Virus record (IMG/VR): IMGVR_UViG_3300042898_003434
Location: 1-64,000 of that record
Strand: one strand, 5' to 3'
Length of the DNA stretch: 64,000 bases
From: a virus
The notes beneath the pieces were generated by a model, which worked only from the letters and a program-made list of their open reading frames with translations, was not told the DNA's origin and searched no databases. This document shows, in pieces, positions 6,687 to 15,830 of this stretch. Every line of letters starts with the position of its first letter. Within the stretch, counting starts at the first letter, position 1. The position numbers and the translations under genes were made by a program.

Positions 6687-7487
6687 TTATGGATTTGGCG
6701 GAGCGATACTAGTAGTAGGATCGGCTGGACCCGTTGGGCCAGTTGTTCCGCCAGTTGTCATCACAGGAGCAGCGCCGCTTGTAGTTTGCACTATGCGAAC
6801 CGTGTTTCCACTTCCTACCAAACTATATTGGAATGTTTGTTTTTCTACACCCGACTGGTATACCGTTAGATCGTTTGTGCTTCCTTGGATGGTGACTTTC
6901 TGTTCGTGACCATCTTTAGCAGCAACTCCACCCGTTGATCCGATTTGAGTTGATTTGACAGTATTGGAATTACCAGTGATACTATAATCAATGTAGTTAT
7001 AGTCGGCATCTTTGATACCAAACTTCAATACATTAGAGTTACCAGTAACATCTAATATTACGTCAGAGTTAGCCATAGTCGCTTTGCTCTCATCGGTATT
7101 AGATGTATGATCAACGGTCGTGTCTTTGTTAAACAACACACTATTACTGTCACCGGTCAAAGCAATGTTCATGTTATTGCTTGCTCCATTCAAATAGTAT
7201 TTTTGTATATTACTGTTACCTGTTGCGACCGATAATAGTTTCAAGTTGTCCGCTCCGGTAATAGAGAAGTCCGTGGTATTATTATTGCCCATCTGCCGCA
7301 TTTCAAATAAGATGTTATCTCCCGTTATGTCCGAGGGTGTTCCACTGGAGACCCCAATTTTATTGAGACTTCCGACTTGTATCAACGTTGTGCTTCCAGC
7401 GGTGGTTATTTGATTTACGTATATTTGATTTTGACCGTATGCGGTCAATCCAAAGAATATAAACATTAGTGTTAGTATTTTTTTCAT
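6687..7487 (-). CDS. curlin-like repeat (beta-solenoid) secreted protein
   Basis: Signal peptide; repeated (Q/T)GxxN motifs (QVGSLN, QMGNNN, TGNSN x3, TGDSN, QGSTN); adjacent to csgG. Confidence 0.75.
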   Translation of the reverse strand: MKKILTLMFIFFGLTAYGQNQIYVNQITTAGSTTLIQVGSLNKIGVSSGTPSDITGDNILFEMRQMGNNNTTDFSITGADNLKLLSVATGNSNIQKYYLNGASNNMNIALTGDSNSVLFNKDTTVDHTSNTDESKATMANSDVILDVTGNSNVLKFGIKDADYNYIDYSITGNSNTVKSTQIGSTGGVAAKDGHEQKVTIQGSTNDLTVYQSGVEKQTFQYSLVGSGNTVRIVQTTSGAAPVMTTGGTTGPTGPADPTTSIAPPNP

Positions 7488-7498
7488 TTTATTTATTT

Positions 7499-8290
7499 TT
7501 AAGGGTTGAATCTCCAGAGCTTCATCTTTTCACCTTGTTGTATTATATCAATAACCGCTTTGTCTATGGCGCTTCTAACCGCAATGGTGTTTGGCTCGTT
7601 TGCGGTTAAACCCAATTCCGATTCTATAGGCAACGTTCCATGCTCATAGAATCTGAATAGATTACCTGACACTGCTACACTGGAAATTGTTTTTGTTACG
7701 GCGGTACTAAGTAACACTTCCCCCGTTTGAACACTTACAAATCTTAAAGATACGGTCACAACATCTTTTCTATACTGTGCGCTGGACGATATACCGAGCA
7801 CACTTGCCCCCGCGCCACCTGTCAGGATGTTAGAATCATATCCAATGATCCCGCCTTCAGCTATTATACCGGCAAATAGCATAGGCGTGAGTTTTTCTGC
7901 ATTCCTACCTTGAAAAGTTTCCCGTGTCTGACTAATCAACTGCCTTTCTTTTATTATATTATCCAGATTTGCTCGCTCTAACACTTGAAACCACGATCCT
8001 CCACCGGCGGTTCGCAATGAATCAATCAACCAGCTTTCTGCTCCTTGTGTTACTGCCGACGAAAATGATGCATAATTATCAATGATTTTTCTTTGACCGG
8101 TTTTATCTGTATACGAGTACACAGCAATTGTTATCTTTGGTCCATCAGGCGACGGCAATGCCATCAATTCTTTTTCCAACGGAGAATGTTGACTCCTTGG
8201 TACATCCAGTATACTGGGCGTTTTTGTTACAGAAGCACAGCCGCCAAACAATAAAGATAATAATATAACCGTGATAGCATATATTTTCAT
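7499..8290 (-). CDS. csgG: curli secretion channel lipoprotein CsgG
   Basis: Lipobox LFGGC, AVYSYTDKTGQRK, SSAVTQG, WFQVLER, EGGIIGYD; start reassigned to ATG 8290 (ATGA overlap with csgF). Confidence 0.92.
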   Translation of the reverse strand: MKIYAITVILLSLLFGGCASVTKTPSILDVPRSQHSPLEKELMALPSPDGPKITIAVYSYTDKTGQRKIIDNYASFSSAVTQGAESWLIDSLRTAGGGSWFQVLERANLDNIIKERQLISQTRETFQGRNAEKLTPMLFAGIIAEGGIIGYDSNILTGGAGASVLGISSSAQYRKDVVTVSLRFVSVQTGEVLLSTAVTKTISSVAVSGNLFRFYEHGTLPIESELGLTANEPNTIAVRSAIDKAVIDIIQQGEKMKLWRFNP

Positions 8291-8754
8291 CCCTGTGGTA
8301 TAGGTGATAATGAACCGACTGGGACGGTTATTTGAGTTGTTCTTCCGCTTGCAGGATCTACGATATATAACGTAGCAAACTCGCCATTTCTCTGCCAAGT
8401 AACTGTGGATCCGCCCTGTAAGTTAATTACACCAAACGTTGCGCCAGAAGAATTGAATATCTGGTCTGTTACTTGCGATGCTAGTTGCGAGTATATTCTA
8501 GCTTGAAGATTGTTTATAAACGTGTTTAGGGGGGTGTTTGACTCTTGTATCTTAGTTTGTTCGGCTTCCGACTTGATAGTTTCTTTTATTGCTTGTTTTC
8601 GAGTTCTTGCTAAGTTTTCGACTGTCATCGCAGTATTTGAAAAATTAGCACCATTAAACGACGAAGATTTAAAAGAATATACCATGTCGCTGCCGTATAC
8701 AACTACGGTGCAAAGTGATATCAGTAAGAATGATATGTATTTTTTAATGTGCAT
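8287..8754 (-). CDS. csgF: curli assembly protein CsgF
   Basis: Signal peptide then MVYSFKSSSFNG; FINNLQARIYSQLA; TTQITVP. Confidence 0.85.
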   Translation of the reverse strand: MHIKKYISFLLISLCTVVVYGSDMVYSFKSSSFNGANFSNTAMTVENLARTRKQAIKETIKSEAEQTKIQESNTPLNTFINNLQARIYSQLASQVTDQIFNSSGATFGVINLQGGSTVTWQRNGEFATLYIVDPASGRTTQITVPVGSLSPIPQG

Positions 8755-8814
8755 TTTAAAGATAAATATCGTATATATTAGCCAGAATCACAAATTATTC
8801 ATACTTAAATATAA

Positions 8815-8846
8815 AAAGCCCACGAAGCGTTAACCTCGTGGGCTTT
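8815..8846 (-). terminator. intrinsic terminator
   Basis: AAAGCCCACGA/TCGTGGGCTTT inverted repeat with T tract. Confidence 0.75.
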
Positions 8847-8949
8847 ATTACATGATAACCAATGGCGTCAACGGTCCCAGATTTTACTGGATACCAACAC
8901 ATTTACTTAGTGTGTCGTAGTTGGCACTAGATGTTAACTTGTGCCAAAA

Positions 8950-9318
8950 TTACTTTACGATTGTCATGCGACAAGTACCCCAACCAGTCAAAACACCAAC
9001 CGTGGCATTATAAATAATATCTTCGGACGATATACCCGTTACTTTTTTATGTTGATTTGCAATTTCAACACTCCATTTCATCTTTACTTCTACACCATTC
9101 ACATCAAGTTTAATTCCCTGCGATACCTCGAATGTGTTTGGATCATATATACGATCCGTGATCAATAAAACTTTAATTTTATCATTTGAAAATGCAGTTT
9201 GTAACCTAGATTCTAGAGTTGATGCTATAGAATCGTTGTATTCTTTTTTATTATTTGTATCTTCAATGCTCGCGTTTTTATCTTCCACATCAACTATTTT
9301 TAATTTTTTCTTTGTCAT
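8950..9318 (-). CDS. hypothetical protein
   Basis: 122-aa ORF with ATGA overlap to upstream gene. Confidence 0.6.
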   Translation of the reverse strand: MTKKKLKIVDVEDKNASIEDTNNKKEYNDSIASTLESRLQTAFSNDKIKVLLITDRIYDPNTFEVSQGIKLDVNGVEVKMKWSVEIANQHKKVTGISSEDIIYNATVGVLTGWGTCRMTIVK

Positions 9319-9689
9319 ATATTTTGGTTTTTAAATGAAGTTAAAATTGCGTTTATATTATCTCTTCCTATAGGATTCATTGAATGAACTGTATATTCCG
9401 GTATATCCAATTTATTGTCCATACAATATTCTATTAGCCATTGTGCGCAATGAAATCCTGTTCTTTCTTTGTATTTGTCATATGTTGGAGCTGTGCCAGC
9501 GGCACCTTGTGCATAATGTTCAGCGCCCAAGTCATGATCAAAAGTTATAAAATCTGGCAATCCATGTTGTGTAATATACTTAACAAAATGATCATAACTA
9601 CGAACCACAACCCAAGGACCGAGTGGGATCTCTATCCACTTTACATGCGTTGGATTTCTTTCGTCGTCAAGAAATAATTTATAACTCAT
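9315..9689 (-). CDS. cyclic-phosphate-processing receiver-domain protein
   Basis: LFLDDER, FDHDLG, TG and VHSMNPIG motifs; start reassigned to MSYKLF (ATGA overlap). Confidence 0.8.
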   Translation of the reverse strand: MSYKLFLDDERNPTHVKWIEIPLGPWVVVRSYDHFVKYITQHGLPDFITFDHDLGAEHYAQGAAGTAPTYDKYKERTGFHCAQWLIEYCMDNKLDIPEYTVHSMNPIGRDNINAILTSFKNQNI

Positions 9690-10210
9690 AGAAATGTTGC
9701 TCCAGCTCTTGCTTTCTTGCAAGCGTCAATTTCATTTTCTGTTATGGGATGTAGGTGTTCTTTACTAACTCGCCACGCTGGATTCCAGTTGTTGGGATTG
9801 AAATAGTATTTTGGCTGACGTACTTCTTTACCATACATCCAACCGTAGAAATAATACTCGTTGTTAGAACTGAACTTTGCAAAAATATATTTACGATCTA
9901 TCGAGTCGTTTTCTCTAACAATTAATCCACCGGACGGGTGGGCGCTAGAACGAATTTCGTGAATACCGTCGTCCGGTATTTCGTGAAATTCATTCATGTT
10001 GTGTTTGAACTCCACGCCACAAATTTTCGACCATGCGATTTCTGCGCCATATCCAACAATACCCCAACCCAGAGCCTCAGACTTATTTGCTTTCTTGACT
10101 GTAAACGAGTTGAGTTTTGATTTTCTAGATTCGTTGTAAACATAGGTTGCATAATCTTTGGCAAATTGCATTTCCTCTGGTTTCATTTTATATATAATTG
10201 GCATTTTCAT
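9686..10210 (-). CDS. hypothetical protein, possibly restriction-endonuclease-like fold
   Basis: GYGAE...PDDG...EIRS pattern resembles a PD-(D/E)xK core; weak. Confidence 0.45.
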   Translation of the reverse strand: MKMPIIYKMKPEEMQFAKDYATYVYNESRKSKLNSFTVKKANKSEALGWGIVGYGAEIAWSKICGVEFKHNMNEFHEIPDDGIHEIRSSAHPSGGLIVRENDSIDRKYIFAKFSSNNEYYFYGWMYGKEVRQPKYYFNPNNWNPAWRVSKEHLHPITENEIDACKKARAGATFL

Positions 10211-10228
10211 AAATTTTATACATCTATA

Positions 10229-11251
10229 TTATTCTTTATACTTCTCAAGGAAGCGATTCGATATTGTCTTAAAACTCATACGACCTTTAAGAACGTCGCT
10301 GTAAATTTCACAAGCAGAACGCCAAACAATGCCTTCGGCTGGTGTACCATTGTCATAGTTTAGATTGTTGGCAATATTAAGCAAATGACTAGTATCTATT
10401 GGAACAACAGCCCCGCCAAAATCAAGACGATGTACGGTTGGAACCACATTCAGTCCATGCTTTTTTGCAAAAACGGAAAGTTCATTATGAGAAAGATATT
10501 TTCCAGTGTCTATATCAAATAGATTGAATAGATACAACTTAGATTCCGATAAACCAAGACGATTTGCTTGAATAGATGGGCCGCATATTTCTCCTTGAAT
10601 AGAAAGATTACGAGGTTCGTTACGAAGAATTTCTTCAAGTTTCAACTTGCGCGCCATTCTCCAATGAGCATTACCTTCCGTTTCCTTTAAGTCAAGGTTG
10701 CGAGAACAAACACCAAACTCATCATCGCGTCGGTATGCAGTAAAGCTTGTACCGTCCATTTTGAGTGTGCCAACGAGCACAAGACCCTTGGATACAGCTT
10801 CGTCAAGTACTCTTGGCTCAGATTGTAAACGAGTTTCATCGGTTTTATGTAGAAATGCAGGAAAGTTGCCTTTAGCCATGCCAGATAGGTGAGCGGGCAC
10901 AATAGGCTCGTATTTTTCAACGCCAACGAGCTGTGTAACATCTTGTCCCACTTCATATTCACCTAACGGAATAATAGACAGTGGCATAGCCAAGCCTTGC
11001 GACAATTGGCCACGAAGACGAATTGTACGTACTCGTAGTTTCTTACCTTCTTCTTTGCGTAGATGGTCATTCCATTGTGCAATAGGAAGAACACTATCGA
11101 TTTCAAAATAGACACATCGGTCCCCGACTTGAAACTCTGACTTTTTTACAACGCATTCCCATCCAAGAACCTTGGCGCAAAGAATAGCGTCTGCCCCGTT
11201 TATTGGAGACAGTTCCTTTATAACTTGAATTGATGCTAGTTTACGGTCCAC
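10229..11251 (-). CDS. ATP-dependent RNA ligase, DRB0094/Rnl5 family
   Basis: N-terminal OB module (RKLASIQ, YFEIDS, LRGQLSQGL); KTDETR, KMDGTS, QGEICG, EGIVWR, SFKTIS ligase motifs. Confidence 0.92.
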   Translation of the reverse strand: MDRKLASIQVIKELSPINGADAILCAKVLGWECVVKKSEFQVGDRCVYFEIDSVLPIAQWNDHLRKEEGKKLRVRTIRLRGQLSQGLAMPLSIIPLGEYEVGQDVTQLVGVEKYEPIVPAHLSGMAKGNFPAFLHKTDETRLQSEPRVLDEAVSKGLVLVGTLKMDGTSFTAYRRDDEFGVCSRNLDLKETEGNAHWRMARKLKLEEILRNEPRNLSIQGEICGPSIQANRLGLSESKLYLFNLFDIDTGKYLSHNELSVFAKKHGLNVVPTVHRLDFGGAVVPIDTSHLLNIANNLNYDNGTPAEGIVWRSACEIYSDVLKGRMSFKTISNRFLEKYKE

Positions 11252-11257
11252 GACAGC

Positions 11258-11285
11258 ACTTTATACTGCCACAGACCATTGTCAA
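11258..11285 (-). promoter_or_regulatory. sigma70-type promoter, leaderless start of RNA ligase
   Basis: TTGACA-16-TAAAGT, GTG start 6 nt downstream. Confidence 0.7.
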
Positions 11286-12031
11286 CTAGATTTTTTAGGA
11301 ACTTGCGCGTCTGGTACTATGTTTGGTACTTCAGGTGCAGGTTTTAAATCATTTGAAGAATATTTCCAAATATACCAAGTAACTGCTTGAATTGCTTGGA
11401 CGGGTACGTTGAGCTTGGTCGAAGCTTCTTGATAGGCATTTATCATTTCAATTCTCTCTTCTTTAGAGGGGGTTTTTAACCCTTTTAAGGGTAATTTTTC
11501 GCCTCTCCATATGTTTATGGCATGCCCATCTAACACCATCCGTGTTTCAACAGATTTCGGGTCCAATAAAGATTGAAAAAACACTTCAACTTTTGGCCCC
11601 GTTACTAAACTGGTGTCTCCAGTTAGTTTAATAAAATTTGCTTTGAATGCATTTTTTGGATATGCATTCACTCGTCGCGCATTGCTCATTATCCTCTCTG
11701 CCGCCATATAATTGTCTTTCCAGTTATTTCCGGGCGATAAAACCGCGACAATCGCCGCCATAACTTCAAATGGGGTTTCCGAGGTTACAAATCCTTGCAA
11801 TTCGCCAATGTATTTTTCAGTTAATTCTTCTACATCTTTTTTTGCATGATGATACCATTTTCCCCAATAGTCTTTTTCCTCGGGTGTAGCAGCATTGTAT
11901 ACATTTATTATATTATCGACCCCTTTTCCAAGTTTTACAAGAGTTGAAATTCCGACAGGGTCTTTTCTCTTTGGTTCAACCAATACTTCATCTATATACT
12001 CCGTCAGCAAGGACTTTAAAGATATATGCAT
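11282..12031 (-). CDS. helix-hairpin-helix glycosylase-like phage protein with N-terminal leader motif
   Basis: WY...AIVAVLSP...GPKV..F...LDGHA...QAVTW conserved pattern; function inferred. Confidence 0.55.
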   Translation of the reverse strand: MHISLKSLLTEYIDEVLVEPKRKDPVGISTLVKLGKGVDNIINVYNAATPEEKDYWGKWYHHAKKDVEELTEKYIGELQGFVTSETPFEVMAAIVAVLSPGNNWKDNYMAAERIMSNARRVNAYPKNAFKANFIKLTGDTSLVTGPKVEVFFQSLLDPKSVETRMVLDGHAINIWRGEKLPLKGLKTPSKEERIEMINAYQEASTKLNVPVQAIQAVTWYIWKYSSNDLKPAPEVPNIVPDAQVPKKSS

Positions 12032-12054
12032 ATTCTATAAGTATATATAAAAAC

Positions 12055-12086
12055 AAAAAAGCCCACCTTTCGGCGGGCTTTTTTGT
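12055..12086. terminator. intrinsic terminator
   Basis: AAAAAAGCCC/GGGCTTTTTT inverted repeat. Confidence 0.8.
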
Positions 12087-12973
12087 TATCCATTCCAACC
12101 TTTTGGCGGAGTGCAATAATTTCCAAATGCTTTTGGCATAACTGGCTCTTTTGCTATCTTGGGCGTGTTTTGTAAATCTACGCCCATTTCAATGAGTGCT
12201 TCTTTACTAGCATAATACACACTTATTTCTACAAGCATGTCGCCTTTTTCAAAGCTTACTCTTGTAACTTTATCTTCAAGCTTACTTCCCCAACCAGTAC
12301 CAGTATCAAACTGTTTATGACTTAATGGTGTGCTTGTGTCGGAACTAACATTCATTGAACGTAAAATTCCAGATGGCGCATTCAGACTTGTGTTCGATGC
12401 TAGAGTGGTGTTAAAATAATTAGAACAATTATTTGCAGCGGTTATTGTTCCATTCGTAGTTGTTACATTGCCAACCGTGTATGTACACGGCGCGGAAGTT
12501 GTGTATGTGAGTGGAACAGACGTTGTGTATGTGGGTGGGACCAAAGTTGTATATGGCACACGCGAATCTAGTACCCACCCAGAATAATACGGAACTTTTT
12601 CTTTGAATGTTCGCAATCCAATAACTCCTGCATTGGCGGCATTACCCTTGGTTTGCTGCACATAGCTATTACCTTTGCTTGTGAATATAAACGAGGCAGA
12701 GTTATCATCGCTGATTCTATAGCCTTTTACATCCAAGCTGCTATAAGCATCTATAATGTATCCAGTGTTGGTTTCTTCTGCCGGTTTTCCAGTTACAACG
12801 TCCAATCCATCAACCGACAATACAGCCATTACTCTGTATGGATTATCGTTCTTTATTTTAACGGTATAATTAGTACCGGAGCGAGCTTCGATGAAGCTCA
12901 TACCCTTGTGGGTATATTCTTTGCAAGCACGACCATTTACTTGGACGTGCATACTTACGTTATGCATATTCAT
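12086..12973 (-). CDS. conserved hypothetical protein
   Basis: 295-aa ORF, VLSVDGLDV..G motif, Thr-rich YTT repeats; own promoter (13027-13054) and terminator. Confidence 0.7.
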   Translation of the reverse strand: MNMHNVSMHVQVNGRACKEYTHKGMSFIEARSGTNYTVKIKNDNPYRVMAVLSVDGLDVVTGKPAEETNTGYIIDAYSSLDVKGYRISDDNSASFIFTSKGNSYVQQTKGNAANAGVIGLRTFKEKVPYYSGWVLDSRVPYTTLVPPTYTTSVPLTYTTSAPCTYTVGNVTTTNGTITAANNCSNYFNTTLASNTSLNAPSGILRSMNVSSDTSTPLSHKQFDTGTGWGSKLEDKVTRVSFEKGDMLVEISVYYASKEALIEMGVDLQNTPKIAKEPVMPKAFGNYCTPPKGWNG

Positions 12974-13026
12974 ATTTTTAACCTTTTGTTAGATGTCTAG
13001 CCGCACAATGCGGACTTCGGGTTATA

Positions 13027-13054
13027 ACTATAGATTAAAAAATGTTTTTGTCAA
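13027..13054 (-). promoter_or_regulatory. sigma70-type promoter
   Basis: TTGACA-16-TATAGT. Confidence 0.7.
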
Positions 13055-13061
13055 TATATAA

Positions 13062-14216
13062 TTAATGTTTCAACAAAAATACGTGTTTAACGTCTTTTCT
13101 TTGAGCTGGTCTATCACTGTCGCCACCGGGAAGTATGATGCAACTATATTTTCTTTCGTCATCTTCTTTTGAAGGCATTTCGTCTGTATATTTTATTGTA
13201 TCAATATTCAAATCCTTGAACTCAGGATCGTTCTTGTATGCATCAAATACTGCTTGTCTTAATCCCTCCTTTGCTTCGGGAGTAATTTTTGTTTTTCCCG
13301 ACACTGGGTCTTTTTCAAATCCTCTACCTTTAGTTGATGTTAAAAATTTCCTGAATACTGGCGATGGTACGATGACCGACTTTTTCTTAGCGTCTTTAAC
13401 TTGATCGGTACCACCCAACGAGTATGTAACTTCAATTCCCATTTGTTGACCAAGTTCAACGAATTTGCCCATCTTGGTATAGAAGTATGATTTTATTGGG
13501 AATCCCGCTTCTAGTAATTGGCGTGTAACTGCCATCGCGGATTGGAAATATCTATCACTGAAAAAATCTCCAGCGTCATTCCAACGTATTTCTAGAATCT
13601 TGTTGTCCCATTTTGCGTCTTGAGCAAGGCGTCTAGCTTCACGGAATGCTTGTTCGATATATTCAGATGGTTTCTCCAATATCAACTGAAGACGTTGTGC
13701 AAGTTTTAGGTTCTTACCATCATTCATGATATAAAAACCCTGAAGAGCATAGCAATCAACCGCACAACTACCAGCCGATGGACATGTATTTATAATTTTA
13801 AAATCGCGAGCTTCTGGATCCCAAATAATTCCTCTCAACGCGGGTATTCCGGTGTTGATCGTCATTGTGTTTTTATCTCCAGTATGCAGAGATTTTTCAC
13901 CAACGTCAAAAATTGTTTTCGGTGGCGTTGATAGTATTCTTATAAATTGATCAATCTTTACTTCCCTTGTTCCACTTTCGTCTTTTACAACCAACCCTCT
14001 AACCGTGGTACCTGTAAGTCTCGGCATATTTTTTGCAGCTTTGCCACCGGATTCATATCTATCCAACTCGGAACTTAACCAATCTTTAACAGCTTGTACA
14101 GACATGCAACGAGTCTTATTCTCTGGCGCTGATGGGTCTACATCTTTTAAATCGGTAGACTTCCAATCAATTTCGTTCATTGACTCGGCCAAAATGGATT
14201 TTAACTTAATATGCAT
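13062..14216 (-). CDS. Gp88-family (radical-SAM-like Cys motif) protein with N-terminal leader motif
   Basis: TCPSAGSCAVDCYA, IRWNDAGDF, YFYTK motifs. Confidence 0.7.
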   Translation of the reverse strand: MHIKLKSILAESMNEIDWKSTDLKDVDPSAPENKTRCMSVQAVKDWLSSELDRYESGGKAAKNMPRLTGTTVRGLVVKDESGTREVKIDQFIRILSTPPKTIFDVGEKSLHTGDKNTMTINTGIPALRGIIWDPEARDFKIINTCPSAGSCAVDCYALQGFYIMNDGKNLKLAQRLQLILEKPSEYIEQAFREARRLAQDAKWDNKILEIRWNDAGDFFSDRYFQSAMAVTRQLLEAGFPIKSYFYTKMGKFVELGQQMGIEVTYSLGGTDQVKDAKKKSVIVPSPVFRKFLTSTKGRGFEKDPVSGKTKITPEAKEGLRQAVFDAYKNDPEFKDLNIDTIKYTDEMPSKEDDERKYSCIILPGGDSDRPAQRKDVKHVFLLKH

Positions 14217-14252
14217 ACTATATAAGTATATATAAAAAGTAAAAACTTCTTT

Positions 14253-14471
14253 TTATAACCACTTTTTCACTTCGTCGCTGTTTTTATATCCACCGGCTTT
14301 AGCAGCAGCTTTGATTTCTTTGAGTTTAGCACCCTTGATTTCTTCTGCCATTATATTGATCGGGTGCATGTCATAGAACTTTTTGTCAGAGCCGAGATAA
14401 AACTTACCATCATCTGTCTCTAATCTCACAGTCTTATTGTCTATGAAAAATATAGCGTCAGTCACTTTCAT
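14253..14471 (-). CDS. hypothetical protein
   Basis: Start reassigned to MKVTD (ATGA overlap with upstream gene). Confidence 0.6.
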   Translation of the reverse strand: MKVTDAIFFIDNKTVRLETDDGKFYLGSDKKFYDMHPINIMAEEIKGAKLKEIKAAAKAGGYKNSDEVKKWL

Positions 14472-14869
14472 TGTAGTTCTTTTACCGTACCACGAAGTTT
14501 TGGACCATTCTCGACCGCTACCCAATCTTTGATCATATTGCTCATAGCTGGCTTACCTCCACCACGAACATTAACTGCAACGGTGATGTGTGGGATTTTG
14601 TTTTCACTTGGAAATCCAACTACACGCACAGCAACTACTTTATCACTGATACCAACGTGAGTAACCTCAAGGTGCTGTTCTGTGTCAAGATATTGTTTAA
14701 CAAACTCCGGTGTGCCGGGATATTTGATGGTCATATGATGACACACCATTTCCCAACCATTGTCTCGAACTAAAATAGGAAGGCGGACAGCATCCACTTT
14801 GATGTTTTTATCTGCCCAAGCAGACAATGATAATTGAGATTTTTCGTCTAGTAATATTGCGGAATACAT
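14468..14869 (-). CDS. 2H phosphoesterase (2',3'-cyclic phosphodiesterase, tRNA-ligase CPD-like)
   Basis: Two HxT motifs: HHMTI and PHITV, followed by KPAMSN. Confidence 0.8.
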   Translation of the reverse strand: MYSAILLDEKSQLSLSAWADKNIKVDAVRLPILVRDNGWEMVCHHMTIKYPGTPEFVKQYLDTEQHLEVTHVGISDKVVAVRVVGFPSENKIPHITVAVNVRGGGKPAMSNMIKDWVAVENGPKLRGTVKELQ

Positions 14870-14875
14870 ATGTTT

Positions 14876-15829
14876 TTATTTGATTGCTCTCAAGAGTTTA
14901 ATAATTGTTGCCATAAAGCAGATTTCTTTATCCACGACGGACACATCTTGAAATTGTCCATCAGCAATAATAATTATAACGTCGGCAACATTGTCGGGTG
15001 CATATTCATTCACCTTTTCAAATAATACCGTATAAAAGTCAGCGAAGCTCTTTACACTGTTATCGGCAAGTAGTTGGCGGATGTTTGTAAATGCTTGTTT
15101 TTTGTTGGAATCCTTTAGCATCTCAATTATCTTAGCTTTAATATCACCCTCCAATACATCCTCACGTGCCAGTGTCAGTACCCCATTAACCACGTTGCGC
15201 TGTGCGGTATTGATGATAGCACGAATATCTGGATAATGTGTATTGACAAGCAATATCACACCGTCTTTGTCGAACTTTACGTTTTCTTTCTTGAGAATAT
15301 TAACGAGATTAGCGGCGACATCCTTCTTTGCCGGAGGATGAATAGCAAATGCTTGACAGCGCGATTGGATTGGTTCAATGATGCGTTCATGGTAATTACA
15401 GGTCAAGATGAACCGCGTGTGCTCACTAAATGTTTCCATCGTATTTCTCAATCCGGCTTGACCGGCAGGAGTGAAATAGTCTGCTTCATCCAAAATGATG
15501 ACTTTTAGTGGATTAAACCCGATGTTACAAGCAAAGTTCTTGATTTTGACACGAACAGTATCAATGCCATTTTCATCCGATGCGTTGATATAAAGCATAT
15601 CACACTTTATGGAGTTTGTAATAAGTTTAGCAAGAGTCGTCTTGCCAGTGCCCGCGCTACCATATAACAGCAAATGTGGTAGATCATTAGTTTCAATATA
15701 TTGCTTTACTTTGGCTTTGAGTGTATCATTGCCAACATAATCATCTAGTTTGAATGGTCTATATCGTTCTGTCCAAATGCTATGAGTAGAAACTTCCGGC
15801 TCATTGTTGTCTTCGATTAAAAAATTCAT
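14876..15829 (-). CDS. clamp loader ATPase subunit (gp44/RFC-small-like)
   Basis: WTERYRP, GSAGTGKTT, NASDENG, ILDEAD, IQSRC. Confidence 0.95.
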   Translation of the reverse strand: MNFLIEDNNEPEVSTHSIWTERYRPFKLDDYVGNDTLKAKVKQYIETNDLPHLLLYGSAGTGKTTLAKLITNSIKCDMLYINASDENGIDTVRVKIKNFACNIGFNPLKVIILDEADYFTPAGQAGLRNTMETFSEHTRFILTCNYHERIIEPIQSRCQAFAIHPPAKKDVAANLVNILKKENVKFDKDGVILLVNTHYPDIRAIINTAQRNVVNGVLTLAREDVLEGDIKAKIIEMLKDSNKKQAFTNIRQLLADNSVKSFADFYTVLFEKVNEYAPDNVADVIIIIADGQFQDVSVVDKEICFMATIIKLLRAIK

Positions 15830-15830
15830 T

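Noticed and set aside
7499-8398. ORF-track start of csgG at 8398 (also extended starts at 9722, 14525, 31099, 34944, 39194, 51372)
   Set aside because: Extensions overlap upstream genes or terminators; internal ATGs give signal peptides, ATGA coupling or the shared leader motif.
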